Assembly: GCF_004010195.1 (NCBI RefSeq)
Contig: NC_057728.1
Span: 44,082,569-44,146,568, forward strand
Source: Chiloscyllium plagiosum
Taxonomy: Eukaryota
DNA: 64,000 nt
Reading direction: 5' to 3'
Both the position numbers and the translations under genes were made by a program. Positions 1-14,360 of the stretch are shown here, one piece after another (the stretch's first letter is position 1; every line of letters starts with the position of its first letter). Under the pieces are notes generated by a model. That model did not search any database and was not told the DNA's origin. It was given only the letters and a program-made list of their open reading frames with translations.

Positions 1-1299
1 GTGAATCCTGAAACTAATTATAAGTACAAAACTTGTGTTTTGTAGAAACATTACATTCAAAATTTCCTTTGTGTCCACATATTAGTGATTCAGCACATAT
101 TTCAATTTAAAACTTACTCTCTAGGGTAGCTTGCTGAGGCAAACATGAAGTGGAACATACAGGATCAGTTCAAAGCTTTTTTGCAGCTTTTCTAGGGGTG
201 ACTTGAATTAACAACATTATTTTGTGCAGGCCCTTGACCTCAACTTCAGCAAGCTGACCTCTGTTGTTTTGGACTTATCTGATGCTAATTAGATATCCAG
301 TGTTTTCATTTCTCCACATTAGTGGGTTCTGAAAAGTGGTGGCTGGTCAAACCACATTGATAGTCTTTTATTAAAAAAAAGGAAGCTTATACAACAATGC
401 TGAAAAAGTAAGAAAACCACAATATGGTTACGTTCGATGGCTCAACCATGAGTTATTTCAATAATGTTACATTTGCTTCAGTGTCTAAAGATTTCATTCA
501 TTGATGATACATGAATTGAGTTAAACTCAGTTATGTTAATGATACCACCTACCCTGTTAGCCATAATCTATTTAACCTTTATCCCTCATTCCTTGACCTA
601 ATAATTCATTTGCCTCTTCAGTTGAAAATGACTTGGCAAGCTTTGTATATTTTCAACCTTGATTTCTTTGCTACAGCTGATGTCAGCTGTATAAAAGATT
701 TCAAATATAGCTTCCAACAGAAATCAAGAAATTGGAGTTATCATGGTTGCTGGATTATTTAAGTCTAAGAGTTGGAGTGTAATAATATGGAGTCTTCCCA
801 GGTCAATGTGGGGCTATGGCAAGAAATTATGGGAGAATCATGTAAGGTGAACGGCACAGCCACCTCATGGATGTCTTTGTGTTATGTCACCAAGTGCTCT
901 CTCAACAAATTTGCCTGCAGCTCCTGCATTCTGCTTGTGTATTTTTTTGGAATCTCTAATTGTTGGCACCATGGGGTCCTGTCCTGCTTGGGGTTGAGTA
1001 GGTGCCTGGTCGACAGCATTCCGATGAGCATTTCTTTCTCCACCAGATGTGGAAATATGGCAGTGACCAGAAGATGCCAAGATACAAATTTTTTTGTATC
1101 TTTATAGATACTAATCTAGCTAAGATATGGAGAGATAATCGAGCAGGGCAGTTCCGCAATGTCAGTGCGTAACCGGGTGTGCAACAGCATTTTATATGTT
1201 GGGCTCTCTGGCAGTGGTTGATACTTTTGGCATGCCAAAATGGAGGAGAGAAATGCCATAGTGGTGGAGTAAGTAGATAATGAGTCGAGCTTGGAATGA

Positions 1300-1547
1300 T
1301 TGCGCAGGAAGGCAAAGGAGGTGGTGTAACTTAGTTAGTAAAGGATGCAATTAGTGCTGATGTAAGAAATGATATCAGTACTGGAGTGCAAGACATAGAA
1401 TTAGTCTGGGTAGAGATAAGAAATAAAAAGTCCTTTACAGAAATAATAAAGGTTAAAGATGAGAAGAAGTTAAAATAGAGATGAGAAGTTACTTCTCACA
1501 AAGGGTCGTGGATCTGTGGAATTCTCTACTTCAGAGTCTGTGAGGTA
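1300..1547 (+). mobile_element. Decayed CR1-clade LINE fragments (endonuclease piece plus 3' region), continuing at ~2896-3150
   Basis: QEGKGGGV...IELVWVEIRN endonuclease-like motif. The 3' segment (ttctcacaaagggtcgtggatctgtggaattctct) resumes after the nested minus-strand LINE. Confidence 0.55.
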
Positions 1548-2895
1548 GAGTCAGAGAGTCATAGAGATGTACAACATGGAAACAGACCCTTCAGTCCAAC
1601 TTATTTATGCCGACCAGATATCCCAACCCATCTAGTCTCACCTGCCAGCACCCGGCCCATATCCCTCCAAACTCTTCCTAGTCATTTTCTGAAAAGTCTT
1701 TTCTGAACCCTTTCAAGTTTCATAACATCTTTCCGATAGGAAGGAGAACAGAATTGCATGCAATATTCCAACAGTGGCCTAACCAATGTTCTGTACAGCC
1801 GCAACATGACCTCCCAACTCCTGTACTCAATACTCTGACCAATAAAGAAAAACATACCAAACGCCTTCTTCGCTATCCTATCTACATGCGACTCTACTTT
1901 CAAGGAGCTATGAACTTGCACTCCAAGGACTCTATGTTCAGCAACGCTCCCTAGTACCTTATCATTAAGTGTATAAGTCCTGCTAAGATTTGCTTTCCCA
2001 AAATGCAGCACCTCACATTTACCTAAATTAAACTCCATCTGCCACTTCTTAGCCCATTGGCCCATCTGATCAAGATCCCGATGTAATCTGAGGTAACCTT
2101 CTTCGCTGTCCACTACACCTCCAATTTTGGTGTCACCTGCAAACTTACTAACTATACCGCTCACATCCAAATCGTTTATATAAATGATGAAACGTAATGC
2201 ACCCAGCACCATGGAACTCCACTGGTCACAGGCCTCCAGTCTGATAAACAACCCTCTACCACCACCTTCTGTCTTCTTTGTGCGAGTTCTGTATCCAGAT
2301 GGCTAGTTCTCCCTGTATTCCATGAGTTCGGACCTTGCAAACCAGTCTCCCATGGGGAACCTTGTCGAATGCCTTACGGAAGTCCATATAGGTTTAATCT
2401 ACCGCTCTGCCCTCATCAATCCTCTTTGTTACTTCTTCAGAAAACTCAATCAAATTTGTGAGACATGATTTCCCACGCACAAATCCATATTGACTATCCC
2501 TAATCAGTCCTTGCCTTTCCAAATATATGTACATCCTGTCCCTCAGGATTCCCTCCAACAACTTGCCTACCACTGACTTTAGGCTCACTGGTCTATAGTT
2601 CCCTGGCTTGTCCTTATCACCTTTCTTAAACAGTGGCATGACGTTAGCCAACCTCCAGTTTTCCAGCACCTCACCTGTGACTATCGATGATACAAATATC
2701 TCAGTAAGAGGCCCAGCAATCACTTCCCTAGCTTCCCACAGAGTTCTCGGATACACCTGATCTGTTCCTAGGGATTTATCCACTTTTATGCATTTCAAGA
2801 CATCCAGCGCTTCCTCCTCTGTAATTCTATATCTACATTCTATATCTTCCATGTCCTTTTCCTCAGTAAATGCTGATGCAAAATGCTGGGACATT
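1548..2895 (-). mobile_element. 5'-truncated, internally deleted CR1/HER1 LINE (RT remnant)
   Basis: ORFs 2394-2894 (PGNYRPVSL, GKSCLTNLIEF) and 1682-2251 (FAGDTK, WQMEFN, LVRPLLEYC) are CR1 RT. The catalytic FADD is mutated to FAGD. HER1-type 3' tail at ~1550-1680. Confidence 0.9.
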
Positions 2896-5509
2896 GAGTA
2901 AACTCAAGGAGGAGATGGACAAATTTTTAATTAGTTGTGAGGTGAAGGCTTATGGAGAATGGGCAGGAAACTGGAATTGAAGCCGAGATGACATCAGCCA
3001 TTATTGTATTAAATGGTGGTGCAATGAGTTGATTTTATCTGTTCTGATGCTGATCTAGGGTACTGTATTCAACAGATGTGTTTATCTGTGTAGTGATTGT
3101 GAATGAAGGCAGCTTCCTTTTATCTCGAGGGGCTGAATTGCCGACTCCTTATATTCTAAAACTTGCTAAGTCTTGCCGAGAGAAATGCTCCATGATTCTA
3201 GATAGAAAATGATACTTAACCAAAATATTGTAAGATTCAGCTCATGCTTAGCCTCGCTTGACTGTTCCTATCTGTTGATGGGTTTAACAGGGACAGCCTG
3301 TACAGCCTCCTTTTCCAGGAAGACTTGGGTCATTTTCCTTCCTCTCCCTTTGATTATTTCTTACCAGACATATTGCACATTTTGTGCAATGTATGCAGTG
3401 TATATGTGGGAATAATTACTACCTTTGGCTTCTAATGCCTTCCTTCCAGTTTGTCAAGCAGGACTTGGTTCTCAACACAGACTTCTATGTTCTTTACAAA
3501 TAAACATGTGCTTCCTGACTGTTATTTAAGAACCACGCCAGCTGGTTGAAAATGAGTTTATTTTATCTGTTGTGATGCTGATCTAGGGTACTCTATTCAA
3601 CAGATGTGTTTATCTGTGTAGTGATTGTGAATGATGGCAGCTTCCTTTTAGGGTGGAAAGCTGGTGTAAATTTCTTCTCCTCTGAATTGCCGTCCAGTCA
3701 ATGAGTACCTCTGAATTTAGATCCTAGAAATGCTTAAAATGTCACAGGTACCTACCTCATTTTCAAACACTTCCCACCTCATTTATGTTGGCTTTTTGCT
3801 ACCAGGGACAGATATGTTATGGGTAGGAGGCAGGTAAACATAACATGAAAAGAGTTGAAGGCATAGGTTAAGGTTAAGGTTACCTTGCTTTGGAAGCAAT
3901 CCTTTTTTCCCAGTTCCAACTGATTGTGCACCATATGCTTATAAAGTCCACTCCAGTTGTTGGCTAAGGAGAAGGTGTTTTAGTTGTAACAACCAGGAAT
4001 TCTATGCCAAGAGTTGCACTTGAGTGGCTTGAGTGTTCATCTGTGTGTACCCAAAATCTTCACCTTGGCTTAGATCACAGCCAACCTTTAATACTTTGGG
4101 CTTCTTAATGAGCAAATATACAGTGATTTAGTCGGAATTTGCTGAAACAAAGGCGTTGGTTCTAAACCCCCTACTGTGCACAAACATTAAACAACTAAAG
4201 AGTTGCATTTATTTATGTTTTCCATCATTCTCCCACGCTAAGGGATGACATCACCCATTAATAGTGTGTGTGGGGACAGCTCAGTCTCCTGTGTAATGAG
4301 TAAGTTGCTTCATGTTTTGTTTTGTACAAATTCATGGTTGGCGGGAACTGGGTTGAGCTACACATGTCTCCTTTTGAGAAGAAAGATGCCACAAGCATTT
4401 TAGAGAAGGGTGTGAGCACTTTAAAACAAAATTTAAGGATTAAAATGAAATCAGACGTAAACTGTCCTCATTTGAGGTTGATCATATCGCCAGTAGTCTG
4501 TAAGGCCAGTCAGCCGTGAAATAGATTGAGTGAACTGGCAAGCACATCCATACAGAAAGAAACGTAGTACATCTATGTATATTTTCCATCGGCCATCAAG
4601 AGCGAAGATGACATCATACATGAGCACTGTAAGGGGATAGCACATTCCCTTGTGATACCTGTGTATTCCTATTTGTAATCTGGTGGAAAATTACCAATTA
4701 TTTTAAAACATGTACTGGCCATTTTGTAACAATAAATGTTGACTTGTACTCATTATAATAAGATATGCATTAGTTTGAATTTAACTGTTTAAAAACATGA
4801 CAGCTATAATGTGCTCTAATTTGGTTTATGCTAAACTTTTATGAGTATGCAGTAAGACTGAACTAGAGCTGTGTGTTTTCAGGACAAACAACTCTATTCA
4901 CATAGAAAACTTCCAGATACAGTAGGCTGTCATTATAATCTGCTTTAACCACCATATCAGATGAAGGGGAATCAGTACTTTTTATAGTGTTCCTGTTTTA
5001 TGACTAATAAAGATGGGGTTAGGAAGAACTCCTACTTTACATCAGTGCAAATACCATCTAAAAGTCTAACCAATTTCCATTGCTGTGGAATCATCTGCAA
5101 CTTTCTATTATTTCATTCATGTGGTAAAGTCAAACATGAGAAACCAAGCCAAGAAATAAAATACAGGATTGCCTGCTAAACATTGATGTTCCTATTGGAA
5201 GCCCTTTATTTTAAATGATTATTGTGCCCTCCACAACACAGCAAGCTATTACTTCAGCATGTATTGCATTTTAATGTTGCCACCAATTATCAGCATAAAT
5301 TATTCTTTGATCAAGAAAAGTAACTTCAAAGCAAAGGCTTCTTTACTATGCCCATTAGGTGTAATTTCTTAAGCTGGTGGTACCTGTGGGGAATCTGGTC
5401 CTCCAGCAGTCTACATCAAAAAATGTGATTGCCCAACATGTGAATGAAAGGCAAAGTTCCTGGCAGTATGAATTAATATATCTTAATTTGGAAATTCTGT
5501 GGTGTCCAT

Positions 5510-5950
5510 TTCACCACCTGACTCCCCAAAGTTTGCCCACTATCTACCAGGCGTAAATCAAAAGTATGATGGAATACTTCCCCTTTGTCTAGATGAGTAT
5601 AGCTACAATATGCTCCAGAAGCTTAACACCATCCAGTAAAAGCAGCCCCTGTGTTTGCGCGCTATGTACCATCTTAAACTCCTTTAACTACAGGCACATT
5701 GTGGTTGCAGTGTATGCCATGAATATGATGTGCTGCAGCAACTTGCCAAGGCTCCTTTGAGAGCATTTCCCATACCTGTAATCACCATTGTCAGAAAAAC
5801 CGTGTGTCAGATACATGGAAATGTTGTCAATAATACCCAATCCATCTAGAAAGTATGTTGCTGTTTCTTCACTATCACTGGATCAAAACTCTGGTACTCT
5901 CCGCATAATAGTTCAGGAGATGCACCCACACCTCATAGACTTTAGCAGTT
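5510..5950 (+). mobile_element. Decayed CR1-clade LINE 3' region (same family as 18170-21010)
   Basis: ctgactccccaaag..ccactatctac..gatggaatac; complementary to the copies at 18.2 kb and 63.2 kb. Confidence 0.6.
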
Positions 5951-6039
5951 CCAACAGAACATAGGTGACAACAACAGCTTGGAAGCTAAGGTTCAAGATG
6001 TCATTCCTCATTTGGGAATGTGGATAGTTTGCTTTTTGA

Positions 6040-7030
6040 TACCCACGCCTGTGGACTTGTAAATGGTTCCTCACTTATCACGTTGTCCAAAACCATTGTC
6101 ATCAATCCACTCCTGAAGAAAATTGCCCCAATGCTTCTTCCCTCACTTTAGCATCTCATTTCTGATTTACATTTCCTTTCAAGACTTTTTATACATTGTT
6201 ACTGACTAAATATTTCTGCCAATCCCTGTTTGAGTTCCTTCAGTGAGCTTGCCATTCCTTCCACAGCTTTGAAAATGCCCTTAGCAAAGTGATAAAATAA
6301 ATTCCCTGAATATCCTTATTCTTCTTGATTCATCTTCAGTCTCTGACATTGCAACACATGATTTGCTCCTTAAATGCCTTTAATTCATTGTCTAGTTCAA
6401 TGGAATTGACCCAATTTTAGTTTCATACTGACACATCTCAAATAAACACTTCTCTTTCCACCTCCCTGCATTGTAAAAGTAATCCCCTTTCCCATTTCCT
6501 TTCAACATCTACATGATACTCTTTGGAAAAATCATCTCCAAAAGTCTTGGTTAAGTAGATCATTGGTTTGCCCCTTCATTTCTCAACTGATTCTTGTGGT
6601 ATCACAAGCAATCATGGATGAAACCACAACTTTCTTCAGCTAAATCATTCGGAAGTAATTATCACTGGTTACGAAGGTGCACTCTCTATCTTGATTACCA
6701 CTAACATGCAAGCTACGAAGTAGCATACTGTAATTTCTCTCCTAACACACTCTTTCATTTCGTTGCTTAATCCCTTCTTAAAATCGATTTATTTAACCAT
6801 TAATATGGTTTCTGTCTCATCAACTCAATTACTCCATTGCGTTTTTGGTCAGCTTCCCATCCTCTTTAAACTCCATGTATCCAATTATTTGCTCTCCATA
6901 TCCTAGCTTAAAACTTATTCTGTTTGTACAACACCCCTGTCTTTAGTGATCAGATTTGGCTTCCGGTTAGCTTATGCCTTAAATTTAATACTTCTATTTT
7001 TTATCTTTAAATACTTCTATGCCCTTGCTA
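6040..7030 (+). mobile_element. Highly decayed L2-like LINE fragment
   Basis: Pyrimidine-rich, with degenerate traces of RT motifs (LLD..FD.VDH-like near 6320). Confidence 0.35.
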
Positions 7031-7169
7031 TTCTCATGGACTGAATTATAGACTGAGGGACCCCACTTGGGGATGAGGTCCTTAATTAGGCCTTAATTGT
7101 CCAGAGGCCTCAACCCACCCAATCATTCTCCACTTGTAACATTGTGGTGTGATGGATAAAGGTGATTTG

Positions 7170-7885
7170 TTATTTGATTTGATTTACTATTGTCACATGT
7201 ACCTAATTACAGAGAAAAGTTTTGTTTTGCATGCATTACAGGCAGATCATAATGTACAATGACACAAAGATCGTAGGGTGATTGAACAGAGTGAAGAATA
7301 CAAAGTTACAGCTGTAAAGAAGGTGTACAAAAATCAAGATCAACAGGAGATTTGAAATTTGAGAGGTCCATTCTTGAATGGAGAAGAAGCTATTCTTGAA
7401 ACTTTTGGTACTTGTGTTTAAACCTTTGTATCTTCTGCCTGGTAGAAAGGGTGCAAGAGATTATAACTGGGTTGGAGGGGGCTTTGATGATTTTGGCTGC
7501 CTTTCCATGATAATGAGAAGTGCAGATTTAATCAATAGTTGGAAAGTTGGCTGTGTTCACAACTTTATGTGGATTTTTGTGATCCTAAGTGGAGCAGTTG
7601 CCATTTCAAACATGATGCACCGAGATAGAATGCTTTCAATGGTGCACCTATGAAAGTTAATGAGAGTCCTTATGGACCTGCTGAATTTCCTTAGCCTCCT
7701 GACCATCGCACCAACATGGGTGGACCAGGACAGATTGTCACTCCTAAGAACTTGATGCTCTCTACCGTCTCCATTTCAGCCCTGTTGATATGGACGTTGG
7801 TGTGTCTTCCTTCTTGCTTCCTGAAGTTGATGATCAGCTCTTTAGTTTTGCTGACATTGAAGGAGAGATTGTTATCTTTGCGCTA
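7170..7885 (-). mobile_element. Rex1/Babar-like LINE 3' fragment
   Basis: Minus-strand translation shows DNNLSFNVSKTKELIINFRK and NFHRCTIESILSRCI motifs. Confidence 0.75.
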
Positions 7886-8014
7886 TGCTGCCAGCTGTGG
7901 CAATGAGCCTATAAAATTTAAGGTGTCTGCAAATCATAGTGTGATCCAATAACATTCCATCTGTGAGGAATATAACATGATGAAAGCATGGATGCGATGC
8001 CCTAATCTTTAGTT

Positions 8015-8870
8015 AGATATAAGAAGTAGGAGCATATGTAGGCTATTCAGCCCATCAAGTCTGCTTTGACATTCAGTGAGATCTTGGCTGATCTGACAAT
8101 CCTCAACTCCACTTCCCTACCATTTCCCCATAACCCTTTATTCTGTTGCTGATTAAAAATACGTCAATCTCATGCTTGAATATACTTTTTCTTTCAATTT
8201 GTTACTGTCCTTAACTTCTCTGGCTAACTATAATTGGTTTATCCCTTTTCTAGAAACCTTCTTCATCACTAGAATTTATCTTTGCTATGAGTCATGAGCT
8301 ATTTTGCTAAATGTCTGCCATTGTTCCTTAAAGACTTTCTGCTAAACACGTCTCTTAGACCAATTTAGCCAACACTGACCTTATTCCTTACTTATTTTTA
8401 ACACAGTTATGTTATTTCTCACTCTCAAACTGAATGCTTAATTCTGAAATGTGGTGCTGGAAAAACACAGTAGGCCAGGCAGCATCCAAGGAGCAGGAGA
8501 ATCGATGTTTCGGGCATAAGCCCTTCTTCAGGAATGCCCAAAACGTTGATTCTCCTGCTCCAAGGATGCTGCCTGGCCTGCTGTGTTTTTCCAGCACCAC
8601 ATTTTTCAACTCTGGTCTCCAGCATCTGCAGTCCTCACTGTCTCCTGAATGCTTAATTCTACCAAGTTACGGCAGTTTCATAGGGAATCTTGGACTTTGA
8701 GATCATTTCTTAAATTTGCCACAGTAAACGTTGCCAGATCCAAAGAAATCTGATCGCTGGTAGGATCCAGGATATATTGTTCTAGGTAACTGTCTTAAAT
8801 ACATTCAATGAACTTTTCTTTTTAGCTACCTCTGCCAAGATAATTTTCCCAATCAACATGAAGATTAAAG
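8015..8870 (-). mobile_element. Decayed CR1 LINE remnants, interrupted by the 8446-8644 element
   Basis: Typical reverse tail (aagaagtaggagca..ggctattcagccc) followed by degenerate internal sequence. Confidence 0.5.
8446..8644 (-). mobile_element. Palindromic Penelope-like short element, family A
   Basis: Inverted arms around the centre ~8535; 16-bp TSD CTGAATGCTTAATTCT at 8430-8445 and 8645-8660. Confidence 0.8.
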
Positions 8871-9514
8871 TTACCACCATCTTCTCAAGGGCAATTACGG
8901 ATGGGCAAAAAATGCTGGCCAGACTCTGGGGCTTGAGATAAAGACAGGAAAGTGAATTTAAGAATAATCAGACCAGCCAGGGTCTCATTGAATGGCAGAG
9001 TAGGCTTGATAGACTGAGTGGCCTACATCTGTTCCTATGTCTAATGGTCATATAATATTCCTGTTTAATACCTTAAAATACATTTTAATACCTTAATACC
9101 TTTCATTACACTAAAGGTGCCATATAAATAAACATTTTGGTTCTCTGGGTTTGTGGTTAATTTGTCAGCAGACAAAGTGATGTTTGCATTGCTCTAATTC
9201 ATGTTTCACTTTATAAATAAATTGGTTAAGCAGACATTGAAGTTTATGATATTATAAAATATATCAGTTTGCTGATATGAATTAGGTGTTATTGTTAACT
9301 ATAATATCTACAAAACCAAATGTAAATTTTCCAGTTAAATACAACATTTATGCCAGGATGAACATCTGTTTATTAAAACAAAGTGACAACCAATTGACAA
9401 GATTTTTGAAACACTTCATGCAATTCTGTCTTAGTTTTGTTTCTTTATTGAATATACTGCATCTGGTACTGCCTGAGTTTAATGATAAATAGGGTGAAGT
9501 TTCACTAGTTCCTT

Positions 9515-9870
9515 GGAGTCATAGAATGATACAGCATAGAAAGAGGCCATTACCCCATTGTGCCTATATATCAACTCTTTGAAAGCACAATCCAATTAGT
9601 TCCATTCCTCTGCCTTTTCCCTAAAGTCCTGCAAATGTTTCCCCTTCAAGTAAATAACCAATTCCCTTTAAAAGGTATCATTGTACCTGCTTCCATCACA
9701 CTTTCAGGCAGTGCATTCAAGGTCATAGTAACTCACTGTGTAAAAAGAACTCCTCATCTTGCCTCAGGTTCTTTTGCTAATTACCTAAATCTGTGTCATT
9801 TAGCTACTGACCCTTCAACTGCTGAAAACAGTTTCTCCTTATTTATGCTGTCAAAACCTTTCATGAGTTG
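9515..9870 (-). mobile_element. CR1 LINE 3' fragment
   Basis: Reverse tail gtcatagaatgatacagcatagaaagaggccatt plus a CR1 ORF2 C-terminal remnant. Confidence 0.65.
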
Positions 9871-10907
9871 AGTTCATGTAGCTCCATTGCATATACTGTT
9901 TCCCAAAGCTTTTTATTTGTACTCTCTTTAAAATCCAACTCCAAAGGCAAGACTGTGCTTCCCATGATCCCAAACATGACCTTCTTTGCAAAGTATCTGT
10001 AGTGAGCCAGGACTCAGAGTGCAACAGAATGTGCATGACAAGAAATTTGTTGAGATGTTAACAGAAAGACTTTAAGCTTCAGCTGGAGTTTTCTGTAAGT
10101 TTTGCACTGAAAGACAAGAAATGAATTCAGAATAGAAATCGGTCACAGTATTTTTTGATGAATGTTGTGCATCTGAAACATTGATCCAGATTTTGATTTT
10201 GAAATGATATTGAAACTGTCACATTTGCCATCTCTCCATACAAAACCTCTGGCAAACTCACATGAACAGTGTGTGGAAATCTGGAAATTTCTGTCAGGCC
10301 AACTTCTTTTCCACAAGGTATATAGTTACAATCATCACAGGTACAATCAGCATGTGATTCAGTAATTTGTTGTGAACTTCAAATTTTTCTACACTTTTTT
10401 TTCTGAAAAATACTAAAAATGTAACACCTTGTTGAATTAAATAAACCTGAATTTTAAGTCATAATTATCAAAGCACAACCACTCTGAATCTGAAAAACTA
10501 ATTTACGAAATATGGAGTGCCATTCCCTCAATAAACATCTCATAGACTTTCAACATCTTAGAAAATATATATTTAAAATTAATAGTATTTCGGCTTCTAC
10601 ATTAATCCTATATGTACATCACAGTCTTTATTTCACAGTCTGTAAATTGGTTAAAATGTGAATGACAATGAGTGGCTTTCTTTCTTCATTTTCTTTCAGT
10701 GAGAAGTCATCAATGACTGTTCATCCTCTTGATGGATGCCAGAGATTCCACATAGCTATATCGGAATGAAATTCATGTTGTAATAGTGGAAAACAGGATC
10801 CTATTGTTTGCTCAGGTTTAGTGGCAGCTTTCTTCAAAGTCAATTGCATGGTCCTTTTAACCGCTGTTGTTAAAGTCGAAGCAGTTGATTTGTCTTGCTA
10901 CCTCAGG

Positions 10908-11045
10908 TATCAGCTATGGCTCAGTGTTAACATCTTGCCTCTGAACCAGAGGATTCTGGGTTTAAACCATATTTCAGAGACTAAACAGATACATCACTAT
11001 TGAGAGAGTGCCTCACTGTTGAAATTACTGTCTATTGGATGCCGT
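10908..11045 (+). mobile_element. DeuSINE-like SINE fragment (tRNA head plus start of Deu domain)
   Basis: tggctcagtg..gcctctgaaccaga..gggtttaaacc head followed by gagagtgcctcactgttg... Confidence 0.5.
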
Positions 11046-13599
11046 CTTACAAATGGCCAATATTTGTTTCTTATCTAATATCACAAATACCATCCCTGGC
11101 CTTCCAAACCCCAGATTATCTTGCTGATATTTTTGGCAGTTTTACCATTTGGTAGTTGATTTGCACGTTAAATAATACTGAGGTCTGTTAACCTCACTTT
11201 TAGGTTAATGAGTAAATCTGGGCTACTATCAATAGAAGCTTGTATTTTTCCTGTTATTAATTGGCATCTTCAACTCTAAGTCCCAATATAATTTAAATCA
11301 ACTCCTTTCTGCAGAGCTCAGCTCTATGGGCTTCCTAAAACACAAATTCCTTCAAATAATGTAAACTAAAGATTACAGCAATAGGCTGATCCAAACAGCA
11401 AGGAAATGCCATTAAACGCAAGTGATTATGGCAATTGAAAAGTTATCATTGGCTTGAAAATGCATTAACAGTAACATGTTGCCAAGTTGAACTCTTAAAT
11501 AATACTACATATGTTTTCCTTCATAGCAGATAAACATTGTAAGTTTGGTATGTGATGTTTTTTAAAAGTTTGAATTAGGACGGAACAATTTGACAATATA
11601 AAATCCAAAAGCCTCTTAAAAGGAATTGTTACCATAAATGCTGATTTTGTGCTGCAGAAGCACAATGAATGATTCAAAATGGGATGTACAGAGTTGTTGG
11701 AGCACCTATATATCATGTACCACTTGGATAGTTGAGTCTAGAAACTGAAAACAACCCTGGTACTCAGGCAGCACCAACGTTCTGTAAACAAACAGTAATG
11801 GTGAAAAATCCTCAAATTAAATTACAGAAATATGTTATTCTCTTTTTGCACAAAATTAATGTTCCAGAGTTGCTCATCTTATATTTCACATATTATATCT
11901 GCCTTGTGCTTCTCAGCTGCTTTAGTTTTGCTTATGAACAATTGATGCTTGCTTGATATGGATCCATAGCATCAGTGGTAATTCATTCAATACTTTGGCT
12001 GAGAGACAAAATTCAATAGCTCCCAGGAACAGATGTGAGATTGTGATATTCAATTAATCTGTGCTTGTTGGTTCCAGTGTTGGACATAAATTCATACTCC
12101 TGTTAAATTGCATGATTACTGTGCACGGCCAGTGCTGAACATGCTGTGGAGTGCCTGCACACCTCAGCAGGGGCTCACATTTGTGTGAGACTAAAACTAC
12201 TTACATCTAATCTGCACTACATAAAGCTGACCTGCCTCTCTTAAAAGGGAGGTGCTATGACGCTGGAACAGGTGCTGAAACTGCTTATGGAAGAGAATCT
12301 GAACAGCATAAGTGAATTATGCCGCTGCAGGGAGAGACTGTTTTCAAAGGTTCTCATTGCATTAGATGCCTTGTTGAAGAAAGGAAAAAGACTGTTATTC
12401 TCTCCCCTGGGGTGTCAGCAATATCCATGCCATACTGCAATTCCAACTGAACTTTTGCAAGTTTCCTTCAGAGCTACCACCAGTTCTGTCCTTGCCCTGC
12501 TCTGAAGTTGCAGTTTTGGCTCAGCAGTGAATCACAATAAAGAACAAGGGGTAATTGTCCTTATACACGCTAATGCCAGGAAAGCCAGAAAAAGCTTTGG
12601 GCTTGTGGGGATTTTCAATTTTCCTGATATGAAGCTTGAGAATAGAAATTCCACTCCGCAAGATATATTCTTCAACATTTAATGGAATTCTCCGATCTGC
12701 TATTTCAAATGTACCAGAACAAGATCCCCAAGCCTCTCATATAATTGGAAAACAGTTTGACCATGACAAAGTATGACTGGGTAAGGTACGCTGTGTGTCA
12801 ATCAAATCTCATGAGTAAAGCCATTACTTTTGTTTTTGCTGTTTTGTATCCATCAAGTTGTTTGAAAAATGATATGCTTTAGTTTGTAATCAACTCTGAC
12901 CCACAAAAATATAAACACACATATAATCACTTATAAAATCTGTTTAGAGAATTAGTGTGTTTTATTGTCCTATCTTTGAAACTATATGTTGATTTTCCTT
13001 TTCCTTCCTGGAATTTCAGTGTTGTTGACATGTTGACATTTGTGGCTCATCTCTAATTATCATCAAGGAGGTGATATTGAGTCACCTCTGTAATTCATTG
13101 TTTTTGTGCAGTTTGATACAACTGAATGGTTTACTATAACATTTTAATGGACAGTGAACAGTTAGCCACACTGCTATGGATCCGGAGTCATGTATTGGCC
13201 AGATCAGTTAAGGATGGCAGCTTTTCTCTTGTGAACCAGAAGGGTTTTTTAGAATAAGTCAATAGTTTAGTGATCATTATTAATATGACTAGCACTTTAA
13301 CCCAGATCTTTTAATTCATTAAATTAGCTGCCACACCTTTTTAAGTAAATAAAGATGAGTTTGATGAACTATCTCCAGGAACTGATTCTGGGTATAACCA
13401 GTAAACTATATGTCAGTTTGACCTCTTTTGCATTTTGTCATGACTATAGATGAGAACTCCAAAGTACGGTGGTCATTTTCAGCCCTTAATTCCAAAATAT
13501 ATATTTTTAAAAGAGGACTGCGGGTGTAAAAATACTCTTGCATGGGATTGATGGGACGTACCATCTAAAGCTGTCATAGAGACAAAGAAAAAACTCTTG

Positions 13600-14360
13600 T
13601 GATCACAAAAATAATGAGAGATAATGATCTCTTGCTCAACAACAACCCATCCCCTGCAGTTATGTCTGACTGCAGACAGAGTTCGTATTTTTTCCTTTTA
13701 AGGTCAAAATTAAAAGGTCAGATGTTTCTCTAATGGAGGGCTAGTCGGACTGAACATCTACATGTGTACCTGTCTGTGCTCAAGTGTTAGCATACAGTGA
13801 AGGTCACAGTAATAGAAAATGACTAATTGTCACCCCTGTATTGCAGGTAAAGATTTTTTTCACTTTGTATTCTGCAAGTCAGCTAGCTAGCAGGACTACA
13901 AGAAGGAGACTGAGTGCAGTAAAACAATTTTTTAAAAGATTCAGGACAAAGGAACTTCAATGAGCCTATAAAACCAAGAATCTCAAAACACGGCTGTTCA
14001 TTTACCAACTTCAATCTAATCAGTATCCTGCAATGAATGGCCACAACATTCAGTTATTGACTCTCTGTATTACTTCATAGATAATTTTTTTAAACCTTTA
14101 TGTTTTTGGAATCTCGTTTTATTTTTAACCTCTGCATATATGTGTTGCTTCTCATATGTAGTAATAAATAAATTCATTCTTCTTGTTATTTGATTCACAC
14201 CTAGTTAACTTAGCTCCTTGGATCTGGAAGGAAGACATCCAGAAGGGAAGGGATTTTCTCTAAATTAACTTTGTTGCAACCAACTGATGGGATAGTTGAA
14301 TAAAATGGCTGGGTGAGCAAAGGTGAGTCAATTCACCCCTGTTCACCCAGGAGCTTTACA
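13600..14360 (+). mobile_element. Decayed LTR-like segment
   Basis: AATAAA at ~14163 and an end at ...TTACA (14360), followed by a degenerate PBS-like string. The 3' part loosely resembles 54550-54618. The 5' boundary is a guess. Confidence 0.3.

Noticed and set aside
772..1315. Overlapping short ORFs as genes
   Set aside because: No recognisable protein family or splice context; probably a decayed repeat that I cannot classify.
1682..2894. Functional reverse transcriptase gene
   Set aside because: Fragmented, internally deleted and with a mutated catalytic motif (FAGD); a dead LINE.
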